Shown piece after piece: positions 1 to 10,704 of a stretch of DNA of 64,000 bases (positions within the stretch are counted from its first letter, which is position 1; each line of letters begins with the position of its first letter). The position numbers and the translations under genes are program-made. The DNA comes from Octopus vulgaris. Taxonomy: Eukaryota. Location of the stretch: NCBI GenBank assembly GCA_951406725.2, contig OX597814.1, positions 129,084,001 through 129,148,000 on the forward strand, in the 5' to 3' direction. Under the pieces are notes generated by a model. It had not been told where the DNA came from, did no database searches, and was given only the letters and a program-made list of their open reading frames with translations.

Positions 1-39
1 TTGGGGAGCAAACATCTTACCACACAGCTGCACCTGTGC

Positions 40-42
<3 letters not shown>
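1..42 (-). mobile_element. SINE family A 5' head fragment, cut by the window edge
   Basis: Reverse complement reads CAGGCACAGGTGCAGCTGTGTGGTAAGATGTTTGC, matching the head of full copies such as 29594. An (AT)n/(GT)n run follows. Confidence 0.75.
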
Positions 43-106
<64 letters not shown>

Positions 107-203
107 ATGTGTGTGTGTATTTGTATGTGTGTGTCTGTGTTTATATTCAATTACATTAATCTGATGTGTTACTCTATATTTTTGTAGAGTAGAAATTTAT
201 TAT

Positions 204-307
204 TTTTATACAAGTATGTTGTTGACTGTGACCTTGAAGTTTCAGCCAGGTGATGACTTAGCTGGACAAAACTTTGAAGTTACTGTCAACAACATTCTTG
301 CATAAGA
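204..307. ncRNA. Pre-miRNA-like long hairpin (candidate)
   Basis: 211-242 pairs with 269-300 at 29 of 32 positions (including 3 G:U). CCAG/CTGG closes an about 12-nt loop. No second copy seen in the window. Confidence 0.45.
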
Positions 308-324
308 TTAATAAATACACTCAC

Positions 325-392
325 ACAATGCTCTTCTGCATTGCTTTTGTGTATCAAATTTTCTTCTGTTCTACCTTTAATACCTAATGGAT
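325..392 (-). CDS. Candidate small internal exon ((D)PLGIKGRTEENLIHKSNAEEHC)
   Basis: Acceptor ctttttag|AT, donor TGT|GTGAGT, open frame (phase 1 to 0). No homology recognised. Confidence 0.25.
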
Positions 393-878
393 CTAAAAAG
401 CTGATGACTAAAACACTATGTGTTGTGATATAATGTTCTTGGCCATTCTTCTAATGGTGCCAGACACTAACCAATTTTATTATAAAATGAAAGCTGACAT
501 ATTCAGAGTACTGGGATCTAACATTAGTTACAAGTTTTACACCAAAAAGAATTTTGGAGAAGAAATAAGATTTTTCCAAACTGAAGGTAAATTTAATGCT
601 CAATTGAATTCATCCAAAAGACATTAGGATTCTAACAACAATAATAATTTCTTTCATACATCATCATTTAAATAAAAGAGCAGCTATTTTAAGTGAGGAA
701 AGGATTAATGAAAGAAGAAATAAAGTAAAAACACCTTTCTGACCATGCCAGCAGGAGATCTGTTCCTTTGTAGGTTCCCTTCCTCCAATAATATGCAAAG
801 CACGCAACATAAGCATTAGGAATTACACTTGACAAATGTTCTGGAACCAGGTTAATTCCCATCTGACATCTTCTGAAC

Positions 879-1018
879 CAGGCATGAGCAACTGTTTTTT
901 TGAGGAACAGGCCACATGAAAGACATGGCTTGTCATCAAGCAGACTTCACCATTCAAGGTAATTTTTCATTAACATGCCATTCAGGAAGTCCCATGGGAA
1001 GCAGTTTGACCATGTCTG
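879..1018. mobile_element. hAT (Charlie-like) MITE
   Basis: TIRs CAGGCATGAGCAACTG / CAGTTTGACCATGTCTG; 8-bp TSD TTCTGAAC / TTCTCAAC (7/8). Confidence 0.7.
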
Positions 1019-1399
1019 TTCTCAACTGATATCAAATCTCCTTCATCCGGTCTTCTCAAAACATGACAAGAGCAAGGCACAGTTTGCTGCTATAGTGGGA
1101 GAATGTACCATAACATTGAGTGTTCTGTTAGCTTATTGTACCTCAGTTATGGAGATGGAAGTTCAGTGTCATTTTATTTTGTGTTTTAAAAGGGCTAATA
1201 AAATGAGATCAAATGAGACATGGGTAGGCGTGGCTGTGTATTAAGAAGTTTGCTTCCAATCCATGTGGTTTGGGGTTTGATCCCACTGCATGGCACCTTG
1301 GGCAAGCAAGTGCCTTGTAATATGTAAACCCTAGTTGACCAAAAACTTGTGTGTAGATTTAGTAAATGGAAATTAAAAGGAGCCTGTTGTGTGTGTGTG

Positions 1400-2449
1400 T
1401 TAGGTCATCCCATAAATAATATGGTTTTTATACTTCTTTTATTTTTACAAAATTAAGATAAAGTTTTTTTAAAATCTAAGATAAAGTCTCCTTCATTTTC
1501 TAGAATGCTCTTTTATCTATCTGGTAGACTTGCAAAGCTTCTCTTCCAAAATTCACTTGACAAAAAATACTCCTCCAGTACTATTCTGACCTCATCTACA
1601 GAATTCATATTTTTCCCATCCAAATGATTTTGAAGACTGTGGAATAAATGATAATCAGATGGGGCAATGTCTAGTGAATATGGTGAGTGAGGCATCATTT
1701 CCCATTCAAACTGTTCCAGCCTTTGGAATGTCATCCTTGCTGTATGTGGCTGAGCATTATCCTGATTGAAGAACACGTTTCGTCTTGGGTGCTGGTGTTT
1801 CTCCTTTCTGTGCCTGCTGTCTTCGGCAATTGACATTTTTATAGAGAACCTATTTCTCGTTACCAGTCACTATTCAGTTCAAAAAAGGTTCATTTGTGAG
1901 ACGTGACAATAAAGAAGAACACACACTCACTCTCTGTGAGCAATTAGACTTGGAAAGTTTGTGAGGAACCCATTGACCCATTTTGCTGATTTTTCTGATG
2001 GCATACATGTGTTGATGAATGGTTGAATGACCAAATCCAAGTTTCTCTGCTAGTTCCTCAACAGGGTTTGCAGGACGTCCTCATTGAACTCTACAGGTCT
2101 TCTTGGATGAAGCTCATCTTCTAGGCTGTAGTTTCTGGCTTGGAGTTTCTGAAACCACCATTGACACTGGCTTGCGCTTATTGTCCCTATATACTGCATT
2201 AATATTCCTCGCACTTTCCATTACATTGTTGCCTTTGTTGAACTCATAAAGCAAAATATAACGAATATTCTCTTTTGTCAATTCCATTATAGCTTTGGAA
2301 AAGTAACTGTTAAAATAAACTGCATTCTTCAATACGAACACTAAGAATAAGTACAAGGTAAAATTACTACCTGCTTTTATAGCAAGTTGATGCAGGTAGT
2401 TTAAACCATTCCCTTCCATAAAAACCACATTATTTATGGGATGACCCAA
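1400..2449 (-). mobile_element. Mariner DNA transposon, internally deleted
   Basis: 31-bp TIRs TTAGGTCATCCCATAAATAATATGGTTTTTA / TAAAAACCACATTATTTATGGGATGACCCAA (2 mismatches); TA flank on the right. Confidence 0.95.
1513..2287 (-). pseudogene. Mariner (DD34D) transposase pseudogene
   Basis: MELTKENIRYILLYEF N-terminus, WVPHKL, VTGNEK (first D lost), QDNAQPH and YSLDIAPSDYHLF motifs; frameshifts and an internal deletion. Confidence 0.93.
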
Positions 2450-3449
2450 TATATATATATATATATATATAGAAAAAACAAATTGTTTTAAATCTCTGAG
2501 TGAGATATATATACATATATATATATAATATCATTATTTAATGCCTGTGTTCCATGTTGACTTGGGTTGGACAGTTTGTCAAGGATCTGAGGATTGCAGG
2601 TTAATGTTGTACTCCAGAGTCTAATTTGGCATGATTTTTGTGACTGGTGCATGTGTGTGTGTGTGTTACTGTCTCCTTGCCTTAATATCCCTTGATAGTT
2701 GTAAGCAAGTGTCACTATCATACAAGAGATGTTAATTGCTTCTAGTCTTCTATTAAAAAAAAAAAAAGCATGTCTGTCAATAGAGAAATATTACCTTATT
2801 TGGAAAACAGGTAAGGGTTGGTGACAGGAGGGGTTTCTGGTCATAGAAAATCTGCCTCAACAAATTCTGTCTGGCCCATGCAAGGTGGATCTTAAAACAA
2901 TAATTGATGACAAATATAAAAACTAAAGTCATAATAGTGATACAGTAAACAACAGTAACAAAAATGATAAAATGAAGGAAGTTGTTGAATGTAAATTGTT
3001 GCTGGTTGATTGTCATATGAAGGAGATATCATCTAAAAAATGACTGAAATAGGACCAGACAGTTGTTTGCTCTTTCTTTGCTCTTCTCAAGTAGGCCTTG
3101 TGTTTATTGGAAGTGAGTGGATGGGTGAGTGCAACACTTAGTTCTTATATGCCAAATATGATGTATTTCAAGCTTTTCTGGGGGTCATGCAGTACACCCT
3201 ACTGCTGTTCAGTGTTTGACTAAGTGGGATATAGAATGTTATCAAGGTATATAGCTTTTTGTTTTCATATCCACTAAGGTGGAACTTCAGTATGTGAATA
3301 TTTTGATTTATCTGGATGGACTGTAATTAGTTAGCAGTTCAACCCAGTACAGTATTTTGATTAAATAAGGCTATTAAGAGTGCCAGAGACTATTTAACCC
3401 TCGGCTCACCTATCCCAGTTGATTCCTTTTTTTTAAAACGCATTCTATA

Positions 3450-3939
3450 CCATAAATCTTCGAGTATAATCCACATTTTTTTTCCTAAAATTTAAAAGTC
3501 AAAAGGTTAAAAATGAAAATTATTGTCTAAGCAATGTCCGAGTCTCTATTTGCTGTCCGGCAATGTTTATTCAGACGCATTTTGTGATGTCGGGCATGAA
3601 AATATCTTTAGCTAAACTTGAAAGCAATGAAGTCATAAAAGAATCATCCATAACTTGCAGTAAGCAACATTTATTAAACGTTATTACTGTTATTTCTTTA
3701 TTTTCTGCAAACAAAATGCACAAAAAAGCTACACGTTTGCATTATGTTATATATACAATAATAATAAAGTATGTTACCATATACATTTTTACAAACCAAG
3801 GACGTTATATAGACCTCCTTGACTCAAGTTAGAGAAGGGGTGCGTATTATACACAAGGTTTAGGTTTTTCAGAGGTACAGCCCCCTAAAAATCCCCTGCG
3901 TATTATACTTAAGGGCAGACTATACTCGAGGATTTACAG
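3450..3939. mobile_element. Tc2/pogo-like MITE
   Basis: TA|CCATAAATCTTCGAGTATAATCC ... AGACTATACTCGAGGATTTACAG|TA; subterminal TGCGTATTATAC repeats. Confidence 0.8.
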
Positions 3940-4651
3940 TATCTAGAACTGTATCATCTAATGTGTCTGTGTACTTTTTTTTATTAAACAGTATCATGTA
4001 ATTTGAGAGGAAAATTCGACTATTTCTCACAGATCCTCCAAATAGATAAAGTAGATCTATAATTAAGGACATTCCACTGTGGCCACCCTGTCCTCTCTCT
4101 CTCTTTCTTTTTTTTTTCGGAGACTACTTTGTTGATTTAAGACAGTGGGATGTTATTTGAGGGTTATTTGGCAACTGTTTCTAACAGTTGTTACTTTTGC
4201 TGGGTGTGGGACGAAGTGGCCAGAGAGTTATTACATAAGATTCAAAGAGATGGAATAACCAGACAGAATAGTTGAAGTAATTGGGTTGTGTTTGACATTT
4301 TCCTTGACTTCTGACATTCTTGCAGTATTGTTTCGGTTGGTCTTCTCTGCTAAATAGATTAACTGATAAGAAGTTTAGGATTTAATTTTACAGAAGTACA
4401 GGCATTTTTTTTTCCTCTATTTTTATTATTTTTTTGTTTCTATTTGCTGCAATTACATATTTATCTCTAAAATGTAAGTTTCTTTGGTGCTGTATGTATA
4501 TTTGTTTTGTTGTTTTTTTTAGATTTGATTTAAATCACCTTTTGCATTAGCAATGTATGTATATTTTTCCATGTATTTATCTACAGGCTATTAATAATCT
4601 TTGTGTATTACTGGTGTGTGTGTGTATGTATATATATATATATATTCTTTT

Positions 4652-4809
4652 TAACAATAGGACAAAATTTATATTATTTGCTCTCAACTGAAGCAAAGCT
4701 CTATAACCTCACTACCTCCTCCTGGTCAAAAAAAAATGTGGAGGGGGTCTCTAATAAACCAGCCTTGCTTCGGTCGAGAGCAAATAATATAAATTTTGTG
4801 CTATTGTTA
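4652..4809. repeat. Foldback / MITE-like inverted repeat
   Basis: Arms of about 49 bp (4652-4700, 4761-4809) with few mismatches, set in (TA)n. Confidence 0.75.
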
Positions 4810-4830
4810 TATGTATATATATAACAATAT

Positions 4831-5218
4831 GAGACCTATTGAGTCAAGTACATAACATCAGCATCAAAATAAATATCAAATGGAAATTGCAGTTGTGATA
4901 CCTGTGCCGGTGGCACGTAAAAGCACCATCTGAACATGGCCGGTGCTAGCACCACCTTGACTGGCTTCTGTGCCAGTGGCACGTAAAAAGCACTAACTGA
5001 TCGTGGCCACTGCCAGCCTACCCTGGCCCCTGTGCCGGTGGCATGTAAAAAGCACCCACTACACTCACGGAGTAGTTGGCATTAGGAAGGGTATCCAGCT
5101 GTAGAAACACTGCCAGATCAGACTGGAGCCTGGTCCAGTCTCCTGGCTTCCCAGACCCCGGTTAAATCGTCCAACCTATGCTAGCACGGAAAACGGACGT
5201 TAAACGATGATGATGATG
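4831..5218 (+). mobile_element. RTE-type LINE 3' end (family C)
   Basis: Three TGTGCCGGTGGCACGTAAAAAGCAC-like units, GGAAGGGTATCCAGCTGTAGAAA, (GAT)n tail. Confidence 0.85.
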
Positions 5219-5397
5219 CGTATATATATATACATATATACTTATTTTGTGATATCAACGAGATCCATGAAATAGATGAACTCTCTGTGGAGAAGGGGCT
5301 ATGTACTTGACTCAATAGGTCTCCTCAAGCACAGCAGGTCACCCTACGATCCAAGGAAAGCAAAGCAAGGCTGGGGCTATGCAAAACTGGTGCAGGA

Positions 5398-6536
5398 ATA
5401 GCTGAACGACTCAGCATTGCCCAGGTTGTTACTGTTGTTCTTATTCAGATTAGTAAACAATAAATATAAAGATATATTCTCATAATTATTTCAAAATATC
5501 TATATTTCATTAAAAAATAACCAAATTGTAATGATGATAGAATTTTGAACTGGAAAATCTGTCAATGTTGAAGCATCTCAGGGTAAACACTATTCTTTGT
5601 GTAACTTTTTGTTGGTGTTGAAATAAATAAGTTGTTGCTACTTCCAGCTGGTAAGCAAGCAACATAGAGTTGGCCGTGAGAGAAGCATGTAGTAGAGAGA
5701 TCAAGTGCAACTACCTTGAGGGATTGACCCTGAGATTTGTTAATTGAAATACCAAAACTTAGTTTAACTGGAAACTGAAGTCTCTTAAATTCAAATGGAA
5801 CATCTGTAGGTATGAGAGGAATTTTTGGAATAAAGACATTTTCTCCTTAGTGACTATCTGTTTATGACAGTTGCATATAGGACATGGGGCTTCATAGAAG
5901 TAACAATTGAGTTCCATTACACATGGGTCAAGATTCCTAAGCAACATAATGGGAGCACCCAGTTTTAGTGTCAAGTTATGCAGTAGCATCCCAGTGGGTT
6001 TAAATGTGTTCAGAAATCTGTAACAGTAGAGGATTAATTAGTGTAACGGTTGAGCCACCAATTTGTAACAGTAGAAGTTTATTTTTGTAATGGTTGAAAT
6101 TAATTAGTAAACCGTAGTGTGGAACATTGGAGTGATAATCAGTTTGTAAGGATTGGTTCTTCATTGATTGCCACTATGTAAAGATGAAAGAACAGTGATT
6201 GAAGTTGTGAAGAAAATATTTATTTTACCGTTACATTGTAAAATACCATGCCTTGATGGGCAGGTGATAAAGTTGTAAAGCATGTAGAGTAAAGATAAAT
6301 GTAGATTTTCCTTGTATAGTTTGTTTGTGTTCTCGTTATTGTGTAGTAGTAATTACAGATAGAGATGGAGTAAAGTTCTAAGAAGAAAGTGAGCTGAACT
6401 AGTGATACTTAGAGAGTTGAGGGAGGTTGTTTTGCATAGTTGCTGATTGTAACTTTCTTTTTCCCTCTGGCCGTTTGTCTTTAGTGGCTGCCTTCTTGTG
6501 GCCACATGCACACAAACTCTGATTTATTATATAAGA
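5398..6536 (-). mobile_element. Internally deleted Helitron with both termini
   Basis: 5' end A|TCTTATATAATAAA at 6536; 3' end CCTGGGCAATGCTGAGTCGTTCAGCTAT|T (decayed hairpin plus CTAG-like end) at 5398; helicase remnant inside. Confidence 0.8.
5562..6019 (-). pseudogene. Helitron RepHel PIF1-like helicase C-terminal fragment
   Basis: HNLTLKLGAPIMLLRNLDP, FKRLQFPVKLSF, KSQGQSLKVVALDL, CFSHGQLYVAC and TKNSVYPEML*, with frameshifts. Confidence 0.9.
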
Positions 6537-6629
6537 TATATATATTACCTGCACCCCCCCCCCACTATCTCTCCCTCTCTTTTCACTGGTGGAACCTTTC
6601 TCAGCTGGACCTCCCCCCAACTCAACTCT

Positions 6630-6859
6630 AGAAAAGCTCGAACCGATCGTGACCGATGCCGGACCCCCGGCCCCTGTGCAGGTGGCACGTAAAGCACCCA
6701 CTCCACTCGCGGAGTGGTTGGCGTTAGGAAGGGCATCCAGCCGTAGAAACTCTGCCAGATCAGACTGGAGCCTGGAGCGGCCCCTGGCTTCCCAGACCCC
6801 GGTCAAACCATCCAACCCGTGCTAGCGCGGAAAACGGACTTTAAACGATGATGATGATG
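6630..6859 (+). mobile_element. RTE-type LINE 3' end (family C)
   Basis: Same 3' module and (GAT)n tail as 4831. Confidence 0.85.
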
Positions 6860-6862
6860 AAA

Positions 6863-7187
6863 TCATCATCATCGTTTAACGTCTGCTTTCCATGCTAGCA
6901 TGGGTTGGACGATTTTGACTGAGGGCTGGCGAACCAGATGGCTGCACCAGGTTCCAATCTTGATCTGGCAGAGTTTTTACAGCTGGATGCCCTTCCTAAC
7001 GCCAACCACTCCGAGAGTGTAGTGGGTGCTTTTTACATGCCACCGGCATGGGGCCAGTCAGGCGGTACTGGCAACGATCACGCTCAGATGGTGCTCTTGG
7101 CTCCCTACTAGCACGGGCACAAGTGCCAGTAAGTTGATGCTGGTAACGATCACACTCAAATGGTGCCCTTTATGTGCCACTGGCATG

Positions 7188-7189
<2 letters not shown>
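6863..7189 (-). mobile_element. RTE-type LINE 3' end (family C, subfamily 2), tail-to-tail with the previous copy
   Basis: (CAT)n followed by the reverse-complement 3' module. Confidence 0.85.
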
Positions 7190-7246
<57 letters not shown>

Positions 7247-7271
7247 CACACACACACATGCTTATGTAAAT

Positions 7272-7586
7272 GCACATAGTTCAGTGGTTTTGTGTGTCGT
7301 GATTACAATTGTGAAGTTATGAATTCAATTCCCATTCTGGGTTGTGTGTTGTATTCTTGAGCAAGACAATTTATTTCATGTTGCTCCAGTTATGAGTTAT
7401 GATGTCACTGGTGCCAAGCTGTATCAGACTTTGCCTTTCCCTCACACAACATTGGTGGTGTGGAGAGTGGAGACTGGTGTGCATGGATGACTGCTGATCT
7501 TCCACAAATAACCTTGCCTGGACTTGTACCTTGGAGGGGAACTTTCTTGGTACAATCCCATGGCCATTCACGACTGAAGAGGTTCT
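7272..7586 (+). mobile_element. SINE family F (tRNA head, CORE-like segment, F tail)
   Basis: Colinear with 36391-36727 (TTCTTGAGCAAGACA, CACTGGTGCCAAGCTGTAT, CAATCCCATGG). Confidence 0.75.
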
Positions 7587-7618
7587 TTATATATACATAT
7601 ATGTGTGTGTATATATAT

Positions 7619-7654
<36 letters not shown>

Positions 7655-7688
7655 CATCATCATCGTCGTTTAACGTCCGTTCTCCATG

Positions 7689-7731
<43 letters not shown>

Positions 7732-7734
<3 letters not shown>

Positions 7735-7961
7735 CACCAACTAATCGTGGTTGTTACCAACCACCCCTGGCCCCTGTGCCGGTGGCACTTAGAAAGGACC
7801 CACTACACTCATGGAGTGGTTGGCGTTAGGAAGGGCATCTAGCTGTAGAAACACTGCCAGATCAGACTGGAACCTGGTGCAGCCTCCTGGCTTCTCAGAT
7901 CCTGGTCGAACCGTCCAACCCATGCTAGCATGGAAAACGGACATTAAATGATGATGATGAT
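7732..7961 (+). mobile_element. RTE-type LINE 3' end (family C)
   Basis: Family C 3' module with (GAT)n tail. Confidence 0.85.
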
Positions 7962-8714
7962 ATACACACACATGTATACATACACACACAAACACACATA
8001 TATATATATATACACTTGTTCCCTATTTTTTAGATTTGTATGTGTTAACTGTCTTATCAAATTTTCCCAAATATGTCACCAGAAAACACACACAGACAAT
8101 TTTCTTTAAAACTATTTCTGTCTGTCGGTTATGTACCTGTATGTGGTTAATTTCGTGTTACTGTACATAAATTTTCATTTGATTTGTGTGTCCACATGTG
8201 TGTGTGTATGTGTATCTATGTGCGTGCATGTGTGTGTTTCTTATGTTGCCATATATGAGTAGATAGAGGGCAGGCGTTATAAGCAGTATTCACTTTTATT
8301 ACACACAGTAACAACACTACACACAGAACTTAAAAATACTTCAGTAACACATGCCAGCTGTCTTGCCAGATGGCTGTGTGGCTACAAAGGTTGGGGGTTG
8401 TTTGGTGGAGGTAGGCGCTGTGCTTAGTTGTTTATTCAAGAAATTTCAAAAAAAGATAAGTGTGTTTCCTTTTGGCTCTTCGCTGCTTCCCTCATACACA
8501 ATCTCCTGCCCACCTATTTCTTATGCTTTAACCCACCCTACTTCTCATCTTTATCAAAAATGTCTGGCTTACTCTGATATCAGTTGGTTTTTACATTATC
8601 AAATTTGATTTATTAATTATTTTCTTTACTTATTAATCTCATATTTTATAGAGTAACTAATGAACATTAATTACTGTTTAGGGACTTAATTTATCACAAG
8701 TTATGAAATATTCT

Positions 8715-9090
8715 TGGCTGTTTGGTTAAGAAGCTTGTTTCACAACCATGTGATTTTGGGTTCAGTTCTGCTGCATATCTTGGAAAAGTGTTTTTGACAA
8801 TAGCTCCAAACTAATTTCTTGTGAATGAATTTGAAAGATAAAGACTGTGAGGAAGCCCATCATATATGCATGTATGTATGTGTATGTGTTTTGCATTTGT
8901 CCACCACAACCACCTGATAACCAGTGCTAGTTTGTTTATATCCCCATAACTGATTTGGTTTGTTGAAGAAGACCAATAGGATAAGTTTCAGGTTTAAATA
9001 GGTGTTGGGCACGATCTATTTTGTGAAACCCTTGAAAGCAGTGCCCCAGCATGGCCACAATCCAATAGCTGAAACAAGTACAAGTTAAAA
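8715..9090 (+). mobile_element. SINE family A, degenerate
   Basis: Decayed head, linker and CCAGCATGGCC...GAAACAAGTA tail. Confidence 0.7.
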
Positions 9091-9482
9091 TATATTTACC
9101 ATCATATCCTTTTCTTATCCTGCAACTGATAGAGCCAGTTGTTGTATATCTTGTTATGGCACCATCATGTTGTTTGTTTCTGGTGTTCAATGAAAAAACA
9201 TATCAGGCCATGGGGAAATATTCCCTTGGCCTGGAAATCAGTGAGGGTTGGTGATAGGAAGGGTATCTAGCTATAGAAAATCTGCCTCAGCAGATTCAGT
9301 TTGACCCATCCAAGCACAGGAAAGGGGATGGTAACTGATGATAATGAACATAAAGGGCTGATAGTAAAAACCATAAGTATTATGTTTTGTCAGATGCACA
9401 AACAATTGCTAATCTAGTACTTCGAGTGACCAGACTGTTTCTTTTTCTCTGCTAATTGACTTTTCAAATTTAGTTTCCATTA

Positions 9483-9878
9483 TACTCTTTTACTTGTTTC
9501 AGTCATTTGACTGTGGCCATGCTGGAACACTGCCTTTAGTTGACCAAATCAACCCCAGGATTTATTCTTTGTAAGCCTAGAACTTATTCTATCGATCTCT
9601 TTTGTCGAATCGCTAAGTAATGGGGACATAAACACACCAGCATCGGTTGTCAAGCAATGTCGGGGGGACAAACACAGACACACAAACATATACACACACA
9701 CATACATATATATACAATGGGCTTCTTTTAGTTTGCGTCTACCAAATCCACTCACAAGGCTTTGGTCGACCCGAGGCTATAGTAGAAGACACGTGCCCAA
9801 GGTGCCACGCAGTGGGACTGAACCCAGTTCCATTGGTTCGTTAGCAAGCTACTTACCACACAGCCACTCCTATGCCTA
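9483..9878 (-). mobile_element. SINE family A, full length
   Basis: Reverse complement of the 29594-type sequence: tRNA-like A/B boxes, microsatellite linker, AAACAAGTAAAAGAG tail. Confidence 0.9.
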
Positions 9879-10117
9879 TATAGTTTAGAACCATTTCAAC
9901 TAATACTGTTTTGTGTCCTCGGGAACCACACATTGTTTTTTTACCATTTTAATGTTAGGTCCTCAACCAATAAAACAAGCTAGAGATTAATTTCTCTTGC
10001 ACCCAAGCATGGCCATATGATCAAAAAGGTTGCTTTGCAGTCATGTGTTTTGGAGTGCAATCCAACTGTGCAGCATCTCGGGCAAATATCTTCTACAGTA
10101 GCCTGAAACTAACCAGG

Positions 10118-10632
10118 AATTTCAACCGTGTTTTGTAGTCTGTTAACGCAACAGTTCCTTTATAGGATTCAGTTAGCTCAAAACATCATCAGGAGGAACT
10201 ACGTCTGGTTTTGGCCCCTACTCTTTTACCGTTTTGACGTGGTGGGGACCCCCACTTTTGGAGGTGTCTTCAGACCTGGTGTTGGGTGCATGTCTTCTTT
10301 CTTCTGTTCCCTGCCCTCTTCGATGTAGTGTCAACGAGCGAATGACTGACTTGTCAAATTTTTCCCTTTAAATACTTGCTGCTAGGCTCCAGCAGACAAC
10401 CCCAGCAAGTTGTCACGTGACACTGTCTCAACTTTAACTGACCAATGAAGGCGCGTAGTCTTAGCCCACGCATTCTCTAAACGACCGTCACCTGTCAGTC
10501 AGCGAAGCTAATCTCACCTAGTGATGTTATGACTTGCAAGCCATTTTTGGTCTCCTTGCTTCAGCCATATATAGAAGCTAGCTTTTTCAACCACCTCCTG
10601 TACTCTCCTTATTAGTTTTCTCAGCTCTGGGC
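10118..10632 (-). mobile_element. 3' end of a HERO-like (RLE) non-LTR retrotransposon
   Basis: C-terminal peptide LIRRVQEVVEKASFYIWLKQGDQKW resembles HERO ORF ends (EKASxWLWLKR). A CpG-retaining 3' UTR with CTGATGATG near its end follows. Confidence 0.6.
10340..10448 (-). promoter_or_regulatory. Pol II promoter-like module (CCAAT, E-box, TATA, Inr)
   Basis: TATTTAAA starts at 10374, 31 nt upstream of the A of TCATTC (10343). Palindrome TGTCACGTGACA at 10411-10422. TGACCAATGA at 10439-10448. Confidence 0.55.
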
Positions 10633-10704
10633 TAGGTCTTGTGAGTGACTTTTGGTAGATGGAAGCTGGGTGGATGCCTGTCATATACAGAGACAAACAC
10701 ATGA

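Larger units (their letters stand above)
1222..2912 (+). mobile_element. SINE family H (A-type head plus RTE-type tail), split by a mariner in its microsatellite linker
   Basis: Head 1222-1399 has A/B boxes and CORE-like ACCTTGGGCAAG. The tail resumes at about 2650-2912 (GGTTGGTGACAGGA...CCCATGCAAG). Confidence 0.7.

Noticed and set aside
508-587. Plus-strand exon candidate ending AAG|GTAAAT
   Set aside because: No polypyrimidine tract and no recognisable homology.
4900-5060. Repeat-spacer pattern superficially like a CRISPR array
   Set aside because: Eukaryotic LINE 3' UTR; spacers are shared between copies and there are no cas genes.
8275-8460. Possible solo LTR or 3' end with minus-strand AATAAA
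   Set aside because: No TG...CA ends or TSD identifiable.
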